DNA of 62,819 bases, filler included, from Circinaria calcarea (lineage: Eukaryota), in assembly GCA_051942165.1 (NCBI GenBank). It is 13 parts of 13 records of this genome, joined end to end, with 100 filler letters (N's around TTAATTAATTAA, not from the genome) between each part and the next. Parts side by side here need not be neighbours in the genome. Positions count along the whole stretch, not along the records: positions 1 to 4,758 come from JAVECS010002198.1; positions 4,859 to 9,615 come from JAVECS010002199.1; positions 9,716 to 14,471 come from JAVECS010002200.1; 10 more parts are not named here. One strand, 5' to 3'. Every line of letters begins with the position of its first letter. Position 1 is the first letter of the stretch. Position numbers and translations under genes: made by a program. Positions 1-13,500 of the stretch are shown here, in pieces. The notes beneath the pieces are model-generated. The model saw only the letters and a program-made list of their open reading frames with translations, was not told the DNA's origin and did no database searches.

Positions 1-1
1 C

Positions 2-760
2 AAAGGCGTCAAAGAGAGGGTCGTTGCAGATGTTAAAGATTTCCTGGGCAGCGGGAAATGGTACTATGACCGTGGGATACCGTATCGCAGAGGATATCTC
101 CTCCATGGACCGCCAGGTAGTGGTAAAAGCTCTTTCATCCAAGCTTTGGCTGGCGAGCTCGACTACAACATCGCGATCCTAAACCTGAGCGAGCGAGGGT
201 TAACGGATGATAGATTAAATCACTTGTTGACTGTCATACCTAGAAGGACGCTGGTCCTTCTTGAGGACGCCGATGCTGCTTTCAGCAATCGACGGGTTCA
301 AGCTGACGCGGATGGTTTCCATGGTGCCAATGTTACTTTCTCCGGTCTCTTGAACGCACTGGATGGTGTTGCTAGTGCCGAGGAGCGCATTCTCTTTCTC
401 ACAACTAATCACGTTGAGAGGTTAGATGACGCTTTGGTCAGACCCGGAAGAGTCGATATGACGGTACGACTGGGCGAAGCTACACGCTGGCAGATTGAGC
501 ATCTATGGGATCGTTTCTACGGAGGGCTTGATCCCAAAGGAACTTGGAAGCAGCAATTTGTTGCCCGACTTCAGCATCTTGGCATTATAGGGATGGAACA
601 TGATGGTTGTCCTGATGCGACAAGGCATATAAGCACGGCAGCTCTACAGGGACTATTCTTGTATAACAAGGAAGATATGAAAGGAGCTATAGCCATGGCG
701 GAGAGCTTGCTCCTCGAAGAACCACCAGAATCTACCCATGCGGCTGTTGCTGCTGGTTAA
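2..760 (+). CDS. BCS1: Mitochondrial AAA chaperone BCS1, 5'-truncated
   Basis: Open frame from window start reads [25 protein letters not shown] (Walker A), LLEDAD (Walker B), [15 protein letters not shown] and [21 protein letters not shown], all BCS1 hallmarks. Confidence 0.95.
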   Translation, partial: KGVKERVVADVKDFLGSGKWYYDRGIPYRRGYLLHGPPGSGKSSFIQALAGELDYNIAILNLSERGLTDDRLNHLLTVIPRRTLVLLEDADAAFSNRRVQADADGFHGANVTFSGLLNALDGVASAEERILFLTTNHVERLDDALVRPGRVDMTVRLGEATRWQIEHLWDRFYGGLDPKGTWKQQFVARLQHLGIIGMEHDGCPDATRHISTAALQGLFLYNKEDMKGAIAMAESLLLEEPPESTHAAVAAG

Positions 761-3394
761 TGACTAAAAATAGGACCCCTCACTATTGAGAATGAAGAGA
801 TGCAGAAGCAGCCAAATCCAAACAACCCGACCATCTATTCTAAGGACCTTTGGAAATGCTCGCGAAACCGTTAAGGGAGCAAATCTTTTTCCTAGACTAA
901 AAGCTAATAAGTTATGTATGTGAAAGCTATTTTCATAAATCCTTAGGCCCATGCTCGCATCATAGGACTCTTCATAGTCAGTTTTTCCTATTTTTGGAAG
1001 TCATGTCTTGGTTTACAGCTTTCTAACTCCTATTCCTTTAACTACGTCCGAGCACTGCATTTGCATGGGCACCGTTACATTGTGTTTTCGTGAACGATGC
1101 TGCATACAGGCCACTGTCGCTCGGCAATGTGCATGATGCAAGGCGATTTGATTTATGCAATAGGCTACATTGCATAATTCTCCATGTTGTCAACATCTCC
1201 CAATGTTACACGGCATATCAGCCTCATAGAGAAGTACGACAGGACTAATAATCAGTCATATCACTGAGACGCAGTGAGTCTCTGCAACCCAACGGTGTTG
1301 CTTCTTCATCAATCTTAACTCGCTGTCTCATACGGCCACCGCAAACACCATATAGCCTTCTATTGGTCCCCAAAGGCTGTTCCCCACTACCGACGTGTGA
1401 AGTCTAATACAAGGAGGTTAGTCAAGGATACCGCCGTATGTACTTGTGTTTGATTTATACTGGGATTTCTGTCGTCTCCTCTTGATACAAATAACAACAT
1501 TTCTCCCGCCGGCGGTCTCCAATGATCTTTGACTCGTCTTGTCTTGATCAGGAGGAAGCCTGAGCTTTACCACATATAAGTACAACCTTGCATGGTACCA
1601 CTATCATCGTATGCCTCTATTAAGCTATGCCTAAGGCACAACAAACCCAACATTCATATTTGCGGCCCTTGTGGCTTTTCCTAGAGAGTTTACTCCGGAT
1701 AGATTGATCAATTTATCTCCGCGGTTGCTTGTTCTCGACAGTTTGCCATGCCTCGTCAAAGATACTGCTTTTCTTTTACATATAAAAGTCCAACTCTATA
1801 CGCATGCTTGGTATGTGATTGAAGAAGAAGGCTATGCACGTGGCTATGCCCGGCATAGGATAGTCACAATACAACCATCTACCTTAGCTCAGTCTATAGC
1901 TATCTTCTCTATCGAGTTTCAATTCATCTTTATTTCCTGTATATCCATAGAATGTCACACTGTTTAATGGTGCTATGTCTTGGCTCTTGCTGTCATCGTT
2001 CGCCTGATAGATTTTCTCATAGGGAGTTCCGTCTACTGGCCCAAAGCAGGTTCTATCGATCCTCGACAGCTCGGATCGACCTTAGCATTGATCCGGAAAC
2101 TTCTAATTTACTGAATTATCCTTCCTGTCAATTGGAAGCTGCAAACCTTAAGCCACGGGTCGACCCGAGCTATCAAGGCTCGATACGTCGGTATCTGAGT
2201 ATCATAGCCGCTAATAGCATCTTAACTATGTGTAGTACAGTGCCTTGCCCATGGGCTCGACAGCAGAAGCATGTGTTTAAGCCTGATCAACTCCAACACC
2301 TCTGAAGCTCGCCCAACATAATTCTGTTAGTTTTCTAATATCGGTTTGGTTCTGATAACCCAGGCTAAATCCCCACTCGAAGCTAAGCTTGGGCACGAGG
2401 GACCATACGGAATACCACTGCCTCGGTATAATGCCTGATCACCGCTACCACCATCCGGGTATCGCCTGCCCGAAGTTATGGGACGACTAAAGTCTTCGAT
2501 AGTGGGTTTACTGGATGAATATGGAGCCAAGAGCCAACTTCGGCGTCCAGATTGAGCTTTGTAGATGTCCTTTGAGATCGTATTCGCTGGTGATAGTGTC
2601 AAGCGAAGCTTGGGTTGGCTGTCGTCATGGAATCTAGTAGCGGGGGAGCTCCCACCGGATATATTACTAAAAGCCAAGCGGCGTGGCCACATGGGGGGCC
2701 CATAATGCTTAAGCATGAGGACCGTGTACGCTAAAACAAGCAAACGACGAACGGGCCTCGGAGTCGGGTTGTCAGCACTTTCTACGGGTCTCGTTTTCTA
2801 TGTGCTAAGATAGGTTAAGGTTAGTTGAGAGGTTGTAATACTGTAAATACTACCGCGATATGCGTATGAAGGTCTGTCTTCCCACAAAAATACCGCCTGC
2901 TGAATATAAGTATGGGTGCATCTGCGGACCTCCCGGCTTAACGTTTCTGCGCTTCCCATTGCGTGTAGTCCACAACGATTATATTACGACATTGCTGGTC
3001 GTTGACAGGAACGCTCTGTACCCTACCTTTAGATCGACTACTGGCCGTTGCGCAATGATACGTGGATACATACTCCCCACGGGTGCTGTCACGGCAAGTC
3101 GAGAATCTGAAGACGGAATGGGAAGTACTTGCGACGTGATACAAGCTGAATCCAACATAATGAAATACTTTCCCGTTGGTGGCCCCGTATCCGGGTCGGA
3201 TACCTTCTTTAACGGCAGAAAGCAATGTCGCTGGCCTGTCGACTGATGGATCCTTTCTATCCCGTCACCCCTTTACCATGTGTCTGGTCTCTGGCTGATC
3301 GAAATGCAAGGACCCCCTCAAGCAAATGATTTGTGATAACGGGGGCGCCCCCCCTCCAACATGAAAAGCGTTTCCAATCCATCCCAAGTCTCAT

Positions 3395-4355
3395 GCGGGG
3401 GTCCCTCGCTTAAGCAGTGGTACTCTTCCCCCGGTCCGTGCCATGTGCTATTTATTTGTCCTTTCGCAGACTCCTCCGTACAGCGCAAACGTGGAATATT
3501 GACAATGAGAATATTGAAGACTCGTGTCTGAGATAGATTATCGCTCTGTATCCGTCGTCTGCTGCATTGACCAACGCATCAACACTTCGCGGGCCGTGTG
3601 TGGGAGTACAAATTACTTTGGTGGTTGCACCAAATGCATCCCCGATAATCCAACCTCCACTCGATTGGGACTTCGCTGCCTTTCCACCCATGCCCCTTGC
3701 GCTCCTTCGCGCGCAAGTTCCCTGGCGATCAGGCGCGAGATACTCGGCCACCCTCATTTCACGCAGTACCATGACTTACCGTGCCTCCCCAGCTTTTCGA
3801 TAGGATGACAGGTCAACGAATCAGCACGACGGATCAAACGAAAAGGTAATCAGTTCATTCTCCATCGGGGCCTCGTCCAGGCCTTTGCCCTTTCCAGCGC
3901 GTGACACGGTAACTCGGGTTATGCGGGGAATTACCTTTGGGTGACAAGGGTTCCAGACTCAGTCCCGGGGCTCTGGACGGAGTACGGAGTAGATGATCAC
4001 TTTCACCCGAGTTCCCCGAAGCGAAAAGCAAGGACCAGCCGCCGCAAGTCAAAGTGTGATAGATGTGCTGGACGGGCCTTCGATAGGACCACTCAGAATC
4101 CGCCATCTCCGCCATCTCCACTGCGCCCAGTAAGAGGCTTGTGTATGCCATGCCTCCAGGCATCGTTCGCGCCCGGAACATGGCGCCATCTTTGATTGAC
4201 CGCCTTCACTCCCTCCCCGACTTCCTCCTCGATCCCCGATGCCTGATCACCCTGTTACTCTTGCTGTGTAAAGTGTGACAAGGCTGACCGCCTACGTTGC
4301 ATCCTCCTGATCCGTCCAGCTTATACCTGCTATATCACCCAAGCCTAGCCCGGGG
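3395..4355. promoter_or_regulatory. Cluster of CreA/Mig1-like SYGGGG sites upstream of the sugar transporter
   Basis: GCGGGG at 3395 and 3923, CCCCGG at 3429, CCGGGG at 3965 and 4350, all upstream of a high-affinity glucose transporter. The motif is short and function is inferred. Confidence 0.3.
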
Positions 4356-4492
4356 TCCCTCTTACAAAAGATTTACTCCCATCTTGTATCATTGCTGGAT
4401 TTCTACCGGCGCAATTCCCTTCAACGGGGAAGAGCGTCCTTGACATCCATCGTCAGGCCTTACGAAAGAGTCTCGGACCATTGACACTCAAC

Positions 4493-4758
4493 ATGTATCA
4501 GGTTTCCAGCGTCTATGCCATTTGCGCCTTCGCCGCCATTGGTGAGCGGACTACTACTAACTCATTGGGAAATCATGCTGATTGTTTGCAACAGGCGGTG
4601 GACTCTTTGGCTTCGATATAAGTTCAATGTCTGGAGTTTTAGGAACGTCGGCTTATACGAATTATTTCGACGTGCACGGCGGCTACCGCCAAGGAGGAAT
4701 TACCGGCGCAATGCCTGCGGGATCAATCGTTGGTGCTCTTATATCATCATTCATTGCC
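4493..4758 (+). CDS. MFS sugar porter, high-affinity glucose transporter (HGT1-like), 3'-truncated
   Basis: Exon 1 MYQVSSVYAICAFAAIG, intron 4542-4594 (GTGAGC..CAG), exon 2 GGLFGFDISSMSGVLGT...QGGITGAMPAGSIVGALISS. Confidence 0.9.
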
Positions 4759-4858
4759 NNNNNNNNNNNNNNNNNNNNNNNNNNNNNNNNNNNNNNNNNN
4801 NNTTAATTAATTAANNNNNNNNNNNNNNNNNNNNNNNNNNNNNNNNNNNNNNNNNNNN
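4759..4858. other. Artificial contig linker N44-TTAATTAATTAA-N44 (first of 12)
   Basis: Identical 100-bp six-frame-stop spacers start at 4759, 9616, 14472, 19320, 24168, 29011, 33853, 38694, 43530, 48361, 53182 and 58002. Confidence 0.99.
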
Positions 4859-6632
4859 GACAAAGACCATAGAAAAACTGATTTATCAAGCTTCACTTCT
4901 TACGGTACAAGCTATTGTACCTGAATTTGATCAGATGATCCTACATCCTCAGACAACCGATGACAAAGCTGCTTCAGCGAGAAGACAAGTCATTGCTGAC
5001 TACCTAATCATGGTCATACGATCTAAGCCGATACAAGACGAAAGGAGTACAGTCTCCGACTGCCGCATGGTAATTTTACAGATCCTTGGCTTACTTGCTA
5101 AGTACGCATATTTCGAGACCCAGGGAGACACGGATGGTCTGCGGAAGGCTCCCGAACCCCCCATTAGTCAGGCGTCTCGTGAGATCTTCAGATCTAGGAT
5201 AGCATCTTCTTTGGCTCACCTAATAGCAAAAACAGCTGACCTTTCGAACTATCCATATGACATAGTGTCTATAATACATAAGCGTGAGAGTCTGGGTGAC
5301 TCAACATTGATCACTTTAGGTACAGACGACAGGATTCACAAACAAATAAAACATGCTTGGAAGATCCTCGAAAAGATCCACGCTAAAGGGAAGTTGGAGG
5401 ATAAGACAAAGAAGGATCTTTTCAACGCCTTTGAGTTATTATATTGCCTTACCATGCTACAAGTTTACAATGCCGATACCGATGCAGTAAATATGCTGGA
5501 TGAATTACAAGATTGTTACAAAGGCTTGCTAAAGCACAAAGATGAAGATACACAAAAAAAGGGCTCTGAGATTCTAGTAGAAATTCTGCTCACCCTCGTG
5601 TCGAAACCTTCACTTTTATTTCGGCGACTCGCTCAACAGGTCTTTTCAGTGTGTACGTCTATCATCACGGCTGACGGCTTACACTCGATGATCAGAGTAA
5701 GTTCTTCATTCCCCAGATTGTTCTACGTCAAACTAGTTTGCTAATAGGTGCAGGTTCTTGAGACAAACGAAAGCATTGTAGGTCAAGCATTGATGTTCGA
5801 GCCCACCAATGAAGACCGGAGCGATGTAGATATGTCAGATGTTGAGGAAGTGAGCATGGATGGTGATGGCTCCGATGATTCAGAAACAGATGGGTCATCT
5901 GGGAGTGGGGAAGAAGTTGGTGATAGTTCCGAAGTAACGGACGACGAACTGGCTGCTTTCGATGCCAAACTTGCACAAGCTCTAGGTACCAGAAGAGGGG
6001 ATGAAGATCTTGCAGCAAGTAATGAGCACGAGTCATCGGACGGAGACATGAATGATGAGCAAATGGAAGCTCTTGACAAACACCTGGAGAAAGTGTTCAG
6101 AGAAAGGAAGAAGGTAACCAGCAAGAAAACAGAGAAAAAAGATGCTAAAGAAAATGTGGTACTCTTTAAATCACGGGTCTTGGAGCTTTTGGAGATCTAC
6201 ATCAAGCATCAATATTCAAAAGAGCTAGCATTGGGTATAATTATACCTCTGCTTACACTAATTCATACGACGAGCAGCAAACAGGTCTCCGAAAAAGCGT
6301 GTAGCCTGATCCGAGAGTACTCAAAAATGCTCAAGTTGAAGCATCACAACTACTTCCCAGATAATCATGGCCTTCTTGCGTTATTCGAACAAATACACAA
6401 AGCGGCAATGAAAGAAGGCTCCAATACATATGGTATTGCATGCAGTCAAGCCAGCATATTGGTTTCGAAATTCATCATATCCAATGGAGGTCGACCTGCT
6501 GATGTCACTCAACGTTATGCGGATACCCAACTGCTTTTCCTTACCGATCCGGCCTGCAAGGTCAGAACGGCATTTTTCTCCGACTACCTGAATTGGTGTA
6601 CCTCGACTAGGAAATTCATAACGACTGGATAG
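4859..6632 (+). CDS. POL5: DNA polymerase phi / rDNA regulator Pol5 (MYBBP1A family), 5'-truncated
   Basis: ORFs 4935-5744 and 5748-6632 are joined by intron 5697-5753 (GTAAGT..CAG). Motifs: LVEILLTLVSKPSLLFRRLAQQVF, an acidic tract, MNDEQMEALDKHLEKVFRERKK and FKSRVLELLEIY. Confidence 0.9.
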
Positions 6633-9463
6633 CTTCGATCTAGTACATTTTTTCGCTATCTGTCAGGCTGCCGGAATTCTCTGTCCTGGTAAGATGATCC
6701 AGAAAATGCGAGGTCTGTCTACAATGCTTGGAGACCATTCTGGCTGGTTACTGTTAGCCTACTCGGACGGCCCCACAGTCTCAGCCAGAGGTCCGGTCTT
6801 CATTGCGCTCCGTACACCACTCAGGAGTCTAGCGCAGCATTTACAGCTCCTAGCGCCCCCAGTGGCATTATATTAGGAGTGCCCTAGTTCGCCTAAGGGC
6901 ATGTACTGGTCGAAGCAACTTGGTCTCATAGCAGAGCAGCTTTTTGTCGTGTTTAGACTAAAATCATCAGTCTAGCAAGATTTATTCACCGACCAGGCAC
7001 TTAGCATGAGCTTCTGAATAATCTCTCAAAAAGGTGCCTACCTAGGCCGGATCTCAGATTCGATGATCACTATTGTACTTCCCCTGGTTACAAGAAGCAA
7101 ATGCTCCCTCACCTTCCTCACAACTACCACATCCCATCTATACCGCACACAGTCCCTTTCTGCTCGTACATCCTCCAATATACACGTTTCCCCTCCCTCC
7201 ATTCTATCCGCAAAACCCTCTGTTCCTATACATCCTCTTTTGCAGCTAACTTTCCACACCACCTTCCCCCAATCAACCGCGCTCTGTTCCCTAGCGTAGC
7301 GCGCAGGCAAGGAATCCAGCTTCCCGGGACCTGGATAAGCGCATATTCCAAGTGATAAAGCTAGCTGACTTGGTGAAAATTCTCAATATCTTTCCCAAAG
7401 GATCCATGCTCTGGTGTAAGTTTTGAACGATGGTGCGATTAGCCTCTTGTTTCGTGAAGCGGGATCCTCTCAAGAACGAATGAGAAACATTGTTCCCGCC
7501 CCGGCCCCCGGCTCCCAGATCATATCTTTGACCAGCCATCAATGGAACAGCTACAATCTCCACCTCAAGATCCCCCTTATTTTGTACCCCCTTGCCGGCC
7601 CTTTCCTCACAAACCCCCGTTGTGTCCGCCCCTGAGAGGATGCATTTGGGATATTTCCTTCCGCTTAGTTTGGGCAGGGCGTTTTCCGTCTGTTTCTCTG
7701 ATTGGGGAGGGGAAGGCGTGCGGCAAATGGTATAAGATCCGTCGAGGTCCTCGCTAGCGATCGGCGTTACTCCTTTCGTATGTTTCTCATCAACTGAGAG
7801 AGTGACACATTCAGAATCGATTTTGCAGCTATCTGGTGGTTATTTCTCTCTGCCCTCTGGCCCCTTCATCTTCAAAACAGATCCAAAAGACTGTAGAAAT
7901 GAGGACAGTACGTGATGTGTGGGAAAATCCGTTGCAAGGATATTTTCAAGGTATGTCATGGTCTGCAACCGTATAAGCAGAGACGAACTAGAATTGCGGC
8001 AAGGTTAGCATGTATATTGGTTCGTATTTAGTTGCTGCAATGGCCTAGTAAGTTGGGCATTGTGAGCGGCCAGCGTCATGTGCGAGTCACTATCACCGAC
8101 TGAAGTCAAGCATGCATGCGAACACTATAATCTTCATTTCGTGCAACAGATCCTTCTAAAGCTAACTAGGAATCAAGCTGACTGCAAGCCCAGCGAAGCG
8201 GCTTGCTTACAAGACCAGCAACGCATTTGGCGTGTTCCCGATTCCGTCGATTTGGTTGGTGCTGCAAATCAGTCGTAGACGGAAGATTCGTATGAGTCGA
8301 AGGTGAGCGCCTCGGGGGAGCAATCTTTAGCTGTCTTTTTCAGTGTGACCACCACTGTTTTACGTGCCTTCCCACATCGCCTCTTAGCGCTTGACCGGCG
8401 CAGCCAATCGAAGAATCTACCACTCACAAACGACTCCACGAGCAGAATTTTTCCAGCTTATCTCCAACGCTGCTTATGCCATCTGAAACCTTTCATATAG
8501 CGAGCTTATTCGATAGGTCAGCTTTCCCACGCACCTGCTTCTCTCTTACACCTTCGATATATGTTCAATCTGCGAAATGTACCTTTCTCACCATTCCGTT
8601 CTGGCCTATCTGTTTGCCGTATCAGCTGCGAATTTCGCTTTATGCGCACGCGCTCGTTTCTTGTCTTGCTGGATCGATGACGATGTGTTTATGATCCCTC
8701 TCGTATACTACTCTGTAGATGTTGAGTAGTAAAGCCCACCATTTTAAGAGGAAAATATTAGAAGTAATAAATTATCCCCTTTCCACCGTTTGAGATATCG
8801 AGACATTCCTGATCCAGCAGTAAGTTACTGAGCTATTAGGGCATCTCAACTCGATTGCCTATAGACGCGCGTTCTTTGTATCTGAAGCTTTAGATAACGC
8901 GCTCCCTTTGATATAGTGATACCTTGTCCACGTTGCCGAGCTTCAGCACATGGGACATTTAGGGGCTTCGACAACGATACGGGTATTGTACATAGAAGGA
9001 TTGACCTCATTTGGTGTGATAAGAATATAATGGGCTTTATCATAAAATGCGCTCCCTTTCCCGAGTACTGAATTTGAGGTCGTAATTACTGCGGGCCTTA
9101 CTGCATTCACTAGATTGATTCAGTTGCCCCTTTAATGATATACCAAGGCAGCTTGTTACGCATTAGGGCAGCGCCTTTCCCGAAAAAAAAATTCATATTA
9201 ATTATATTATCCCAGGTGTTAAGAAGTGAAAGGTCCTTGATTCTCTCTGTGTTGAGATTCTACCTTAAATATATATCCCCTTGTTCCTTGTTCCCTCCAC
9301 CCCACGGAAGGGTCCTGGCCACCCCCGTGCCACCAGGCTTCAACAAGTCTCGGTTTCGTTCTCCTGGCCTTTTCCACTCTTCATCACAGGCCCAACAAGA
9401 ACATGGTTATAATAAGTCTTTAGTACTTCTGCTGTAGTTTGGTGGCCTTGGGGAGGAAATGAA

Positions 9464-9615
9464 TGTTGGGCAGTAGAATGTATGGTGGCATTACTACCTG
9501 AGTATGTAACTAAGTAACTACCTATGCTACGAAAAAGTGCTTTTATGGTGTGTGGAAGTGTTAAGCATGGACCTCCTAAGCAACACATGCTCGGTAAGCC
9601 CTATGACTTCCAACA
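9464..9615 (-). mobile_element. LTR, family A (copia-like TGTTG...CAACA termini)
   Basis: Reverse strand reads TGTTGGAAGTCATAGGGCTTACCGAGCATGTG...GCCCAACA, homologous to copies at 37734, 38103, 38794 and 57550. The contig ends exactly at the LTR terminus. Confidence 0.8.
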
Positions 9616-9715
9616 NNNNNNNNNNNNNNNNNNNNNNNNNNNNNNNNNNNNNNNNNNNNTTAATTAATTAANNNNNNNNNNNNNNNNNNNNNNNNNNNNN
9701 NNNNNNNNNNNNNNN

Positions 9716-10580
9716 TTTTTTCTCTCCGCTTTGAACCTATTCCAATCAGATCCCTCCTTGCCGTTTATACCAACAAGCCTAGCCCTCGAAACCACCTCCC
9801 TAGTAACATTGTAGATCTCCTCGCTCATCGGTCTTGGTACCTCATGCCCACCATTATACCGGAAAGCAACCGGTCTTTGAGATAGTGTTGTCAGGTCCAA
9901 GTGGTGATGACAATAAGAGTCCTGCCGCCTGTAGATATGTGCCGTTGGGATGGCGATGCGAGTCGCGTCAACGCTGGAGTGAAACATATCGTAGAAGGGT
10001 CCGCTGTCACAGGCTTTGCTGCTATGGTTGAACAACCGAATCCTGTAATGACGGTTGCAAAAGTCGGAGTTAGTGCCGTTTTTTTGGCTTGGTGGTTCGC
10101 TTGTCTCGTATTATCCTGATTGTCGCGTTCTGGGAAATGGTACTAAACGCTCTGGAACGGTAGTTGGGCGAACAGGGTGAAAGAGTCTAGCCACCTCAAC
10201 TGCGAAGTAGACGTATACATCGATACCGTGGTTGAGGCTTTGGGAGAAGTGTAGAGGCGAGCAGATGAAAATAGACGTGCAGAATAACGATGGCTCGGCG
10301 GGGTGCTCGATTTGATAATGGAGGAAGGTCAAGGCAGCGAGGCGGTGCCCTGTTGAGATCGATTCGATACCAGTCAGTTGTAGAGAAGGAGCAGTAAAGA
10401 GAAAGTAGATCACCTAGCTAAATCCCATGGCCATATCAAAGCGCCCTTGCTCGCGAATCATTGTCGTGAATTGTTCATGTGCCTTTCTACCATCTCTCTG
10501 AAGGGGTCGTTGCATCTGCACCTGTAAGGGCCGGCATGAAAATCGGCGTCGTCAGAAGAAGGACCACAGGCCATACCACC
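9716..10580 (-). pseudogene. FSH1/LovG-family serine hydrolase pseudogene
   Basis: Fragments ADFHAGPY, IREQGRFDMAMGFS* (GFSQG nucleophile motif with TAG at 10414-10416), FCTSIFICSPL, RIAIPTAHIY and GGHEVPR (catalytic His), with stops and frameshifts. Confidence 0.75.
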
Positions 10581-13500
10581 GTCGAAGAACTTCAGCTTGG
10601 ATGGAAAGGGCATGAGAGCATGAAACAGCGCCGGTAGAAGGCGTTGATATCATTGGCTTCGGGATTGCCATCAAAGGCCGCGAGGTGCTCACCCTTCTCT
10701 GTCGACACGGGCGAGACAGAACGACGGGCTGCCCTCTTATTTAAGACGCGCGATTCTTCATCACCTTTGGCGTTCTTGCCGGCAAAGGGGAAGTCGACCA
10801 CGTGCTTGGTTGGCCGTCTGTTCCAGAGCAGCTGCGGTTAGGCACACCAATCCTGAAAACGGGCGACCTCAGACTGCGATCCGGTTGGAGTCGACAATGG
10901 GCGAACTGGCTGGAAAGGTGTTCGGGCCTGCTTGAGTGGATCAACGAGGGTCGGGAGTAATCATTGCTTGCGAGACGGAACGAACGGTTGGGGTACCGCA
11001 GTACGAAATTATCGGCACTAGATTCAAGGCTTAGAGCGTAGTGCTTCCGAAGACCCGCACTACACCTAATCAAGCCACGCCAGCCAGTCAACTGAAACTT
11101 GCTCTGGAAAGATCTAGGCACCTAGGCACCTAGGTTAGACTCTTCGTAGTCCCCTCGGTCTTGGGTGACATTGAATCTGGGGGGTGTCGCTCGCGGGCCA
11201 AATCATCTGGCGCACTCCTGACTTCAGAATACGACTTGCAGCCGCGCCTTGGTGGGTGCCGGGGATGCTTGCCATCCGCTCTTGTCATTGCTTCATGGTG
11301 CTAAGGACGAGCATACCCGGACAGATAAGTTCTAGCATGCGTGGAACGTTCAAAGCAGCATTGCGCAAGTTCTCATGGGCAATAAACCAATGACCGACCT
11401 CCTGTGTGCTCAGCGACCACCCTTTGTGCTACTGACAGATCCTGAGCTCAGAAGCGTCCTTTGTTATGGTACTGTTCTCGCGTTCGCCGACGGCGCCCTT
11501 CTCCTGTCAGCCGCAGAGGAGCCAACTGGATTGTTGGGTTGGACGGAATCCTGTTGTTGGATTACAATGACAGCATAAGCATGGTTCGCTTCAAGCGTTT
11601 ACAGCAGGCCCTTTCACCTACTCGACGTGCTTCTGATGGCATGCTTGTCGCTTGGCCCATATATCATTGGAGAGGCCCGCATCATCTCATTGTTTCGACT
11701 TTGACATCTTCTCTCATTCGGTCCATCTCTCCATTGTGATATCTCTGTCTCTCTAGCCATTGTAGCCTGATCGATCTCAATACCGGCCACTTTCGATATA
11801 CCCTTAGTTGCTCATCTCTCAATGCTCTCTCGGACGAGCTTGTTCCGATCATCAATGCTCTCTGCCTCACAGCGGAGGAGCAACAGCCCAATTCAGGACC
11901 ATCCGAATGCTCTCGCTTTGGCATTTATCGAACACGGAAGCCGCTTTAACATGAGATGTGTATCGTGCTCGAGAAGCTAATCTGCTTCATCCATGTAGCC
12001 TACGTCTCAATCTCACTCACCGGGTACAGAGGAAAACCGAAGAAAACCGACAAGCGCGCAGGCATAGGAAATAGCGTCTCAACAGGTCTTCCATCGGTCA
12101 CGGCGCAGCCATAGAGCATAGGTTATAGGTCCGCTCTTTTCTAAGTCCTAAGCCGTTCTCGGTTCTTGGTATTCTTTCTACAGGTAGTCCGCCTACTGAT
12201 CGCTTGTCATCATGGTGAATGTTGGAGACATTGGGTGTCCATCCTTGAAAATTCTCAAAGCCTGACCAGTACACCAACTGTCTCCTTCCTAGCCTCTACC
12301 ATCTGAAGTCCAACCTTGATTTCGAGAGAAAACTAATGCAAGCCGTCGTCTCCCTTCTCTTCGTAATTTACATCCTCTCGAGACCCACAGCAACCCCGAG
12401 CTCAAACACAGTCGTCTTTCAGATTGGCAAAGACTGTTCCAGTTATATACTATGAGCTTCGGAGCGATCTCAGTGGTGGTTACGAAGTACTGATCTCGAA
12501 TCTGAGCTCCGGCATGTTATAGTGGGGCTGTTCCCAATAGCGATGGGTCCATAGGCTATGACACCGCTGCCGTTAGCATGGCGACGTTTAGCATGACTTT
12601 GTCTAATAGCATTTGGTTAGGGTAGTGCACGACAGCAACAGGTCTTTAAGGGACAATTGGAGAATGCTTCGGGGTGCATGCCACCTTTTGTGAGTCCCCT
12701 TACTCATTCTTTTTTTCCTATTGGCCTTTGTTCTACAACGTGTCCCACTAAATTCTAACTACATAGCTCTACCTAACCTCCTATTCTCTAGCGATATCCA
12801 TGGCCAGGCCAGCACGATGGCAATAGTGGAATATGCATCCCTAAGCTACCCCCAAATGTTGGCCTGCGTCACACACGAGAGCTTATCACCGCGGGCCTGA
12901 GAGCAAACCGCCAAAGTGACAGGAAGGACCGAGGACGAGGGGGCGAGTATGGGCGATGAATCGCCGCGGTTCCTCTAGCGTAGCTGCACTGAATTGGCTA
13001 GTGAGCTTTGTTTAGGGGTGGAAGGAAGGGAGAAGGTGAGAAAAGGTGGAACGGAGGTGGTAGATTTATTCGTCGTGGGCAGCATGCAAGCTTTTGGTTA
13101 TTCGTATCGTTGTTCGTTGTCTTTTGCTCTGACGTGAGGATGGTTATACCGAGTAGCCACCAACATTTCTACATATAGTACCTCGATGAATAAGCTGGAA
13201 TCATTGTCATATTATGTCAAGTCCGAGCCTTAACCACACAAGGGAGTACACTCTGAGAGATTCCAGGCTACCTTATAAAGCCAACCTAACCTATGCTGCC
13301 GGCAGGCAGTACGATAATGCTCCCCCAACGAGCCAACTGCTCTGTGGTTTTGGTTCCTCGTCACGTAGCCTCTCAAGCCCTAGCCCAGACCTCCCCAAAT
13401 GAAAGACCGGCCCTGGCACTGCCCCCACCCGACCACCTCCTCTCCTCAGTCTCGGACAATACCAGATTCTTTTCTCTCTACTTTGAGCCCAAGTGTATGT

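Noticed and set aside
1671..3808. Numerous short ORFs between BCS1 and the sugar transporter
   Set aside because: They overlap on both strands, many have non-ATG starts, and none has a recognisable motif.
4803..4814. Regularly spaced TTAATTAATTAA as a biological repeat or array
   Set aside because: It is always embedded in N44 runs and is a synthetic six-frame-stop linker.
12240..12340. Chromodomain remnant (LVYWSGF..WTP) on the minus strand
   Set aside because: Too short and degenerate, with no adjacent integrase or RT motifs.
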